A stretch of 41,407 nucleotides of DNA. Origin: a virus. The stretch lies in IMG/VR virus record IMGVR_UViG_3300048074_000118. One strand, given 5' to 3'. Below the pieces are notes generated by a model. It was not told where the DNA came from and did not search any database. It saw only the letters and a program-made list of their open reading frames with translations. The position numbers and the translations under genes were made by a program. This document shows, one piece after another, positions 25,024-31,101 of this stretch; the stretch's first letter is position 1; each line of letters begins with the position of its first letter.

Positions 25024-25625
25024 AGACCGACGACGTCCTCAACCCCGCCTTCACGGATGACCATTTCGTCGTCTGGCTCATACCAGGCTCGATCGCTCTC
25101 TTGCCGTGGGTGTTCGTCCTCCACCACTACGTCTCACTTTCACGTGCTTGGAGGGACCACGAGTGGATTCTGGGAATAGGATTCCTACTCGCCGCCTCTG
25201 GACTCGGAGCCCTTGTCGAGAGCTTTGGCGGGTGGATAGAGAGCGAGAACTATGACAAGAGACTCGAGACTGCGAGGGAAGGCCACACGGACGAGTGGTA
25301 CGAGTACCTGGTCACTGCCATCCCAGCCGACTTGGTTGTCCATCGCTATGTGCGTCACCGGGTCCGCCTGATGAAGTTCGAGATCAGCGTGGGCATTGCT
25401 AGTCCCGCCGCGCTCGTCGCATGCTGGTGGCTCCGAGGCTTGGACTTGGCCTTCAGCTGGCCCGGACTCGTCGTCCTGACGATCCTGGTGGGCGCGCTCT
25501 GCAGGTACCTATTCTGGGACGCCTTCAAGATCGCGGAGATCCTCTCGGACATCAGAATGCGGCTCCTGACGATCCATCGTCAGGCCGGCGCTGTGCCCCA
25601 GGTGCCCCCCGCGCGAAACCCTTAG
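25020..25625 (+). CDS. 4-TM integral membrane protein (201 aa)
   Basis: ATGA-coupled to the previous gene. Four hydrophobic helices, with a charged loop between TM2 and TM3. Confidence 0.65.
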   Translation: MKTDDVLNPAFTDDHFVVWLIPGSIALLPWVFVLHHYVSLSRAWRDHEWILGIGFLLAASGLGALVESFGGWIESENYDKRLETAREGHTDEWYEYLVTAIPADLVVHRYVRHRVRLMKFEISVGIASPAALVACWWLRGLDLAFSWPGLVVLTILVGALCRYLFWDAFKIAEILSDIRMRLLTIHRQAGAVPQVPPARNP

Positions 25626-25641
25626 AGAAAAGGAGCCGTAG

Positions 25642-26454
25642 ATGTCATCCATCCCCGCCAAGGTCGAGACTCGGATCAAGACTGAGGTGAAGCGCTACCG
25701 CGGCATCATCGAGTCAGCGAAACTCAGGGACGTCAATGAAGCCGACACCTCGATCATCGTGACCGGGGTTCTCGCGGATGTCCTCGGGTGGGATCGGTTC
25801 ACGGACGTCACCCGGGAGTACTGCGTCCGCAACACCTTCTGCGATCTCGCCGTCAAGGTGGACGGGAGGGTGAAGATCTTCGTCGAGGTCAAGGCGATCG
25901 GGCTGAGCCTCAAGGACACCCACCTACGGCAGGTGGTGGACTACGCCACGAAGGAGGGCGTGGACTGGGTCATCCTCACGAACGGTGCGATCTGGAAGGT
26001 CTTCAAGGTCCTCTACGAGAAGCCCATCAACCAGCAGGAGGTCTTCGAGGTCGACCTCGTCGACACCGCCCTTCGGCCGGCGGCCCTGGTCGACAAGCTC
26101 TACCTGATCACGAAGGAGGGCGTCTCGAAGTCCGCGATCGCCTCCTACCATGAGCAGAAGCAGGCCACCAGCCGGTTCATGATCGCAGCCACCCTGTTGT
26201 CCGAACCCGTCGTCGAGGCGCTCCGCCGGGAGATCCGCCGCGTGAGCGGCGGCGTCCGCCTCGAGGCCGACGAGCTGCAGGAGATCCTAAAGGCCGAGGT
26301 CCTCAAGCGTGAGGTCCTCGAAGGCGACCAGGCGAAGGAGGCCAGCGATCGGGTGAGGAGGGCCTCGGGGAAAGCACTCAAACGCGCGGCTCCGATTGAC
26401 CGGAGCGATGATGACAATGTTCAGGATCCGCCTCCGGAGAGCGGGAGTGCTTAG
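25642..26454 (+). CDS. PD-(D/E)xK nuclease, HsdR-N-terminal-like domain + C-terminal helical region (270 aa)
   Basis: Core 'FCDLAVKVDGRVKIFVEVKAIG' (D...E-x-K) followed by 'DYATKEGVDWVILTNGAIWKVF'. AAGGAG RBS. Confidence 0.7.
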   Translation: MSSIPAKVETRIKTEVKRYRGIIESAKLRDVNEADTSIIVTGVLADVLGWDRFTDVTREYCVRNTFCDLAVKVDGRVKIFVEVKAIGLSLKDTHLRQVVDYATKEGVDWVILTNGAIWKVFKVLYEKPINQQEVFEVDLVDTALRPAALVDKLYLITKEGVSKSAIASYHEQKQATSRFMIAATLLSEPVVEALRREIRRVSGGVRLEADELQEILKAEVLKREVLEGDQAKEASDRVRRASGKALKRAAPIDRSDDDNVQDPPPESGSA

Positions 26455-26959
26455 ATCCCTGACATTATGGTGGTCCGCCCTCGGGCACACGCGCAGGAGG
26501 CAACTGGCTCGAATCGCGAACGCCCCGCTCACAATCCTCCTCATCTCGGCGGTCTTGATTGTGGTCGGTCCGGAGTGCTACAGCGATCGTCAAGACCAGA
26601 ACCTCAGGAGGCGTGAACGTGATGCCGCGGTTCGGACCTTGGATCTAGAGATAGCGGAGCGCGTCAGACACCTGAACCTTGAATTTGCTGACAATCTGAG
26701 CATGTTCTATAACGGCCGTCTAAGTGAAGTGCCTGATGAGAGGAGCTTTCACGCGCTCTTCCCAGAGTACCAAGCTCGCTCCCTGCGCTCCCTTCTTCTT
26801 CAGCTCGAGGACCTGGTCGAAGGAAGAAGAACTGTTGAGATCAGGGCGGTGATAGACGCCACAGAGCGAATAGAGCTGCAGCCAAATGAAGCGGCGGACA
26901 CCTCCGCCGTGCGCACCTACTTGGAGCTACTCCGAGCCAAGTGGGGCTCGCAGGACTGA
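26408..26959 (+). CDS. Single-TM protein with helical soluble domain (about 183 aa; start uncertain: 26396/26408/26417)
   Basis: TM 'LTILLISAVLIVVG'. Overlaps the nuclease gene's 3' end and stops 11 nt before the integrase. Confidence 0.5.
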   Translation: MMTMFRIRLRRAGVLRSLTLWWSALGHTRRRQLARIANAPLTILLISAVLIVVGPECYSDRQDQNLRRRERDAAVRTLDLEIAERVRHLNLEFADNLSMFYNGRLSEVPDERSFHALFPEYQARSLRSLLLQLEDLVEGRRTVEIRAVIDATERIELQPNEAADTSAVRTYLELLRAKWGSQD

Positions 26960-26970
26960 GGGTGTCCGGC

Positions 26971-28494
26971 ATGCGCGCCGCCATCTACGCCCGTGTCTCC
27001 TCGCAACGTCAGGCGGAGAAGTGGAGCCTCGGCGCCCAGCGGAAGATCCTCGCCGAGCATGCGAATAAGCAGGGGTGGTCGAGTACCGTCTACGACGAGG
27101 GCGCTGCATCAGGCGAGACGATCGCCGATAGACCCGTCATGCGCCGACTGCTGGCCGACGTCGCCGGCGGCCGCGTGGATGTCATCCTGGTCATCGAATG
27201 GGAGCGCCTCTGCCGCGCCTCGGATCTCATCGACCTCGCCACGATCACCGGCGCGTGCCGACGTGCCGGCGTCCTGATCGCCACCCCCGAGCGGACCTTC
27301 GACCTGGCCAAGGCTGAGGACGACTTCGAGTCAGACCTCCGCGGGATCCTTGGGAAGCGCGAGAAGCGGAAGCTCCTGGAACGGTGCGCCCGCGGCCGGG
27401 CAGAGGCGAAGGACGCCGGCAAGTGGCTCGGCGGCCGCGCCCCCTGGGGCTACCGCTACGACAAGGAGGCTGGCACCCTGGCCATCATCAAGGGCCGAGA
27501 CCGGATCGTCCGGGAGGTCTTCGCCTCGGAGTTCGGAGGGCGGACCCTCCATGCGAACTACCGGGCCAAGGGCCTCGTCATCTCCGAGTACACCCTCCAC
27601 CGGATGCGCCGCAACCTAACCTACGCCGGCAAGATGAAGAATTCCAAAGGCCAGATCATCGACGGCGCTTGGCCGCCCATCGTGACCTGGCAGGAGTGGC
27701 AGGCCGCCCAGCCGGCGATCGAGGCGCGCCGCACGGGAAGGCCCTACCAGGCGAAGTATCTGCTGACCGGGCTCATGCGCTGCGCCGGCTGCGGGGGCCC
27801 GATCGTCAGCCGCCGGTGTGGGAGCTCCATGCAAGGCGACCGTCGCGCCAGCGAGTTGTCCTACATCTGCAAGGTCTGGCAGCGGAGGCTCGGCCCCTGT
27901 GCTGCGCCCGGGAGCATCGCGGGGTGGGCGGCCGAGATCCTGGTCCTCGATGCCTGGGAGCGCTTAGTCTCCGATCGGACCCTCCTGCGGACGGGCTACG
28001 ACGCTCTCCTGGCCCGCCAGAGCCCCGATCCCGAGGGGGGCCGCACCATCGCGTCGGAGGAGGCCCTCCGATCGCTGGCCCTGCGGCGCCACAGGCTCCT
28101 GGATGCCTTGGAGGAGGGAGTCGTGGCCCATTCTGACATCCGAGACCGGCTCCGAGAGATCGATGCCCAGACGGCCCTCCTGGAAGCGGAGAAGGACCGG
28201 GAGGCGCGCGCCAGGGCGAACTCGGCTGTCCTGCCCTGGCGAACCTTGCTCGCGCAGCTGCGGGCCTTCCCAGAGGCCCCCACCCCCCAGCGTCGACTCA
28301 TCCTGCGGGCCTTCGCTGAGTCGATGATCCTGGACTTCGGCGAGCGCCGCCTCGCGGTGAGCTGGCGCTTCGGCGAGCATGGGCCTATGCTGTACCGGCT
28401 TCCCAACCTCCACTCCCTGGTCAATCGGACGACCGGGACCGTCGAAGCGCAACGGCGTCTGCAGGCCTCCGTGGCTGACTACAGGGAACTGTAA
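26971..28494 (+). CDS. Large serine recombinase (phage integrase, 507 aa)
   Basis: 'MRAAIYARVSSQRQ' resolvase catalytic N-terminus, a recombinase domain ('GGRAPWGYRY'), a zinc-ribbon 'CAGCGGPIV...' and a coiled-coil C-terminus. Confidence 0.9.
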   Translation: MRAAIYARVSSQRQAEKWSLGAQRKILAEHANKQGWSSTVYDEGAASGETIADRPVMRRLLADVAGGRVDVILVIEWERLCRASDLIDLATITGACRRAGVLIATPERTFDLAKAEDDFESDLRGILGKREKRKLLERCARGRAEAKDAGKWLGGRAPWGYRYDKEAGTLAIIKGRDRIVREVFASEFGGRTLHANYRAKGLVISEYTLHRMRRNLTYAGKMKNSKGQIIDGAWPPIVTWQEWQAAQPAIEARRTGRPYQAKYLLTGLMRCAGCGGPIVSRRCGSSMQGDRRASELSYICKVWQRRLGPCAAPGSIAGWAAEILVLDAWERLVSDRTLLRTGYDALLARQSPDPEGGRTIASEEALRSLALRRHRLLDALEEGVVAHSDIRDRLREIDAQTALLEAEKDREARARANSAVLPWRTLLAQLRAFPEAPTPQRRLILRAFAESMILDFGERRLAVSWRFGEHGPMLYRLPNLHSLVNRTTGTVEAQRRLQASVADYREL

Positions 28495-28534
28495 GGCTCA
28501 TTGAGCGATCGCTCTATCCATCGCAGTCTGAGCC
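28495..28534. other. Candidate attP: 40-bp imperfect dyad next to the serine recombinase gene
   Basis: GGCTCA (28495-28500) / TGAGCC (28529-28534) at the ends. 13 of 20 arm positions are symmetric. Contains the perfect palindrome GAGCGATCGCTC (28503-28514). Confidence 0.3.
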
Positions 28535-28566
28535 CCTACTTCAGATGTTGACTACTCACTTACGGA

Positions 28567-28830
28567 CTACCGGTAGGCGTCGCGGCGGTAGCGAATGGCC
28601 AGGACGTCGACGATCCTTGCCCCGGCATCACAGTCGAAGAAGATCCGGTGGTCACCCTTTCGATATCTATAGAGTCCCTCGAACTTCCCGTACAGAGGTG
28701 CGACATGAGGGTTGTGCCAAGTTGGATCGCGCTCCAGATCCTTAAGCGCGTCCTCAACCAACTCCAGATCCTTGCCTTTCAAGGCCTCGTAGTACTTCAG
28801 GGCCTTCTTCTGGAGCCTGACCTCATACAC
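28567..28830 (-). CDS. relE: RelE/ParE-family type II toxin (87 aa)
   Basis: '...LERDPTWHNPHVAPLYGKFEGLYRYRKGDHRIFFDCDAGARIVDVLAIRYRRDAY' matches the RelE/StbE style ('YRxRxGDYRIIy'). Confidence 0.8.
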   Translation of the reverse strand: MYEVRLQKKALKYYEALKGKDLELVEDALKDLERDPTWHNPHVAPLYGKFEGLYRYRKGDHRIFFDCDAGARIVDVLAIRYRRDAYR

Positions 28831-28833
28831 GGT

Positions 28834-29154
28834 TCAATGTTTCCTGAGACTCCGCCATTCGACTCCGGGCGAAGACTCGGCCCGGGCTTCTACGATCTCT
28901 TCCAACAACCCTTCAAAGGATTCGGCATCCTGAGTTGCAGCGATTCCCGCCTCGAACTTCCGCGTGATCTCGTCCCTCAGCCTCTCTGACATATGAATCT
29001 CGAACCACGGAATGACCTTCACCATGGGTTCATCGCACGACGGATTGGTGCGACCAGCGTCCCCTGCAAGATCCTTCCTAGCCAAGATCCGATCAGTCAA
29101 CTGTCCATAGTCGGGCCCTTCGGGAGAGAACGTCTCTGCGGCTTTGTTAGTCAT
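28834..29154 (-). CDS. Putative antitoxin (106 aa)
   Basis: Directly upstream of relE (3-nt gap). ATGA-coupled to the gene before it. No family recognised. Confidence 0.5.
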   Translation of the reverse strand: MTNKAAETFSPEGPDYGQLTDRILARKDLAGDAGRTNPSCDEPMVKVIPWFEIHMSERLRDEITRKFEAGIAATQDAESFEGLLEEIVEARAESSPGVEWRSLRKH

Positions 29155-29564
29155 GGCTTGCTCTTCTCCACGTCGAATTTGGTGCTCCCTATGGACTCAC
29201 CTTGCCAAAGGACGTCAATTCGGTGTTGTCCCAGGGTCGTGACGGGAAACTGGGGGAACCTAAAGACCATTTCGGCTACAACCAAGGGGCTCTTCGCATG
29301 AATCTCCCCCTCAATCACCAACTTCTCGCCCCCCTCGTTCACGGGAGCGATCTCCAGTTTGAGACGAGTCTGCTCTTGCAGGTTCGTAATGGCCAGATAG
29401 ATGGCCATTCCCATATGGAGGGCTGGAACGGAGTTGACCCCGATCTTGCTGAAGATCCCTATAAGGGACCATTTGTTGGTTTCTTGTTCACGGATTGCGC
29501 GGTCACAGACCACGACCGCGACAACAACTGGTTTTCTGGGATTCGGCTTAGCCACGGTATTCAC
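29151..29564 (-). CDS. DUF6941-like beta-sandwich protein (137 aa, GTG start), first gene of the three-gene TA operon
   Basis: Pattern 'VVVCDRAIREQETNKWSLIGIFSKIGVNSVPA...' followed by alternating beta strands. The family assignment is from memory. Confidence 0.5.
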   Translation of the reverse strand: MNTVAKPNPRKPVVVAVVVCDRAIREQETNKWSLIGIFSKIGVNSVPALHMGMAIYLAITNLQEQTRLKLEIAPVNEGGEKLVIEGEIHAKSPLVVAEMVFRFPQFPVTTLGQHRIDVLWQGESIGSTKFDVEKSKP

Positions 29565-29578
29565 GCCTCGCTGGGGGA

Positions 29579-29600
29579 CCGATTACTATACTCCAATCGG
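29579..29600 (-). promoter_or_regulatory. Inverted repeat CCGATT-N10-AATCGG enclosing a TATAGT -10-like hexamer; operator/promoter candidate for the TA operon
   Basis: Read directly. Minus strand 'CCGATTGGAGTATAGTAATCGG', 15-36 nt upstream of the GTG at 29564. Confidence 0.45.
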
Positions 29601-29703
29601 CACTGAGCGTCCCACCCTAAACAAGAAAGCCATGAGGGGTCCCGCTAGACGGGGTAACCCGCTTACGATTCGAGTACAGGCGCTGTATGGTGATGGGAAT
29701 GCC

Positions 29704-29904
29704 CTACTTATCCCATTTTTGGACCCACCCACTGGGGCGCCTCCTCACCCGCGAGACGGTCTCGGGGCGAGTACTTGTCTCCCGGGTTAGAGATCTTTCT
29801 TCACTTTGACTCGAGAGGCGCGCGGCTCGCTCCGGCAGGGATCGGATGAGCGGCTGCCCCAGGATGTGGATGGCTGCCAGACAGTACACCTCGAGGTCGA
29901 GGGC
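29704..29904 (-). pseudogene. Decayed second copy of the terL 3' end (last ~66 codons)
   Basis: Encodes 'ALDLEVYCLAAIHILGQPLIRSLPERAARL...RRRPSGWVQKWDK'. The live TerL reads 'ALDLEVYCLAALHILGQPVIRSLPERAARL...RRRGWVRGWES'. An in-frame TAG (29905-29907) sits immediately upstream, and farther upstream there is only indel-ridden similarity. Confidence 0.8.
29819..29901. repeat. Imperfect direct repeat, copy B (partner 31211..31293; constant offset 1,392 bp)
   Basis: Perfect blocks GGCTGCCCCAGGATGTGGA (29852-29870 = 31244-31262) and GCCAGACAGTACACCTCGAGGTCGAG (29876-29901 = 31268-31293). Confidence 0.9.
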
Positions 29905-30000
29905 CTAACGCTCGCAAATTCGCACCCTATTTGCTGGAAGCGGGAGAAGGACAGGAGGCGAGAAGGCTGACAGTGCCCCCAACGAACCCTCGAAGTTTGC

Positions 30001-30492
30001 TTACCCCTCTCGGCCTCGACGTGACATGCCAATCCCGTAGCCACCAATGAACGACATCAACGCGATGGCGACCCCGATGAGGAGTTCTCTCTGATTCGTC
30101 CGCACCGCATACCAGAGGACAAGCAAGAGAGCGACTAGGCCAACCAAGAAGTAGCCGAAGAAGTTGTACTTCCGGACCTCGCGGCGCTCCTCGCATTCCT
30201 TGTCCGTCTGCTTTCCGATGAAGCCAATGATCTGGGTCACGTGTTCAGAGGTGAGCTTGCTGGCGATCGGGTTGGCCGCTGGACCAGAATAGATGAGGGA
30301 GTGGACGGTAGATTCGATGACTTCCCGTTGCTCGGGGGGAAGCTTCCGCAGGACCTCTGGCAGTTCCAACGCGGAGGGGTCTACCTTGCTCGCCTGCTCG
30401 GGCGGCGCGGGGAACCCTGGGGCTAAGGGGCTGGAGACGTCACCTGGGTTCTCTGGACCGGATTCCGGGCGCTGGCCGTGAGATGAGACCAT
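30001..30492 (-). CDS. DUF2335-like membrane protein (163 aa, two C-terminal TM helices)
   Basis: 'LELPEVLRKLPPEQREVIESTVHSL...' followed by 'FFGYFLVGLVALLLVLWY' and 'LLIGVAIALMSFIGGYGIG'. GGGGAGGGGAG RBS. Confidence 0.6.
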   Translation of the reverse strand: MVSSHGQRPESGPENPGDVSSPLAPGFPAPPEQASKVDPSALELPEVLRKLPPEQREVIESTVHSLIYSGPAANPIASKLTSEHVTQIIGFIGKQTDKECEERREVRKYNFFGYFLVGLVALLLVLWYAVRTNQRELLIGVAIALMSFIGGYGIGMSRRGREG

Positions 30493-30504
30493 TCTCCCCT
30501 CCCC

Positions 30505-30906
30505 TCACTCTGCGAACGGATAGATGAACTCCCCGAGGCCGCTGGGACGCCCCAAGTTCCGCACGTGCCGATCAAGCGTATTCTCTAGCACGGCCGGAAT
30601 GATTCCGGTCAGGTAGGCAGCGCACAGATACTTCAAGAGTGTCTGCAGATCCTGCTCGGACAGCTTCGCCTGCGCCCGAAGTTCATCGACGTACTTCACA
30701 CCATTCAGGAATAGCGAAGTCTGAGAGCGCAAACTCCTCTCCGACTCCACCGACCGAGAACACATCCCGGAACTGCTGAAGAGGAAGCGCCTCGGATGCG
30801 GGGGATAATGGGAACAGGCCTGGTGGGGCCATGAGTGCTTCATTCGCGACTCCCGAGCGGCGATTGTCAGATTGTCTTCGAGGAACTCAATTGAATCCTT
30901 CGGCAC
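30505..30906 (-). CDS. Hypothetical protein (133 aa from GTG 30906; the ORF-track version of 184 aa runs through a palindrome-rich stretch)
   Basis: AAGGGGGGGG-ATAAA-GTG start context. Only the C-terminal half ('LFLNGVKYVDELRAQAKLSEQDLQTLLKYLCAAYLTG...') looks convincingly protein-like. Confidence 0.4.
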   Translation of the reverse strand: MPKDSIEFLEDNLTIAARESRMKHSWPHQACSHYPPHPRRFLFSSSGMCSRSVESERSLRSQTSLFLNGVKYVDELRAQAKLSEQDLQTLLKYLCAAYLTGIIPAVLENTLDRHVRNLGRPSGLGEFIYPFAE

Positions 30907-30944
30907 TTTATCCCCCCCCTTGAGCGCCGGTTCGCGAACTTGAA

Positions 30945-31043
30945 GATGGGTGGGAAGATAATGCGATGCACCCATCCTTGCAAGGGGTATACCCCCTAAG
31001 CCTCCGGTTTGCTCCCGACATCCGGCGACGGGTCGGGAAACCC
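30945..31043. other. Cluster of four strong palindromes/stem-loops just downstream of terL (terminator, recombination site or structured RNA)
   Basis: GATGGGTG(30945-52)/CACCCATC(30969-76). CCTTGCAAGG (30976-85). GGGGTATACCCC (30984-95). TCCCGAC(31013-19)/GTCGGGA(31032-38) with an inner CCG/CGG stem around a GCGA loop and outer GGTT/AACC pairing. Confidence 0.6.
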
Positions 31044-31101
31044 GCGCGCGAGATCTCATGGGATCATAATGGCATAAACTGCAATGGGTTGCGTCTCGCC
31101 C

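Noticed and set aside
29704-29889. 61-aa ORF treated as an independent small gene
   Set aside because: It is a diverged copy of the TerL C-terminus with an in-frame stop directly upstream and no RBS. It is best read as a displaced gene remnant.
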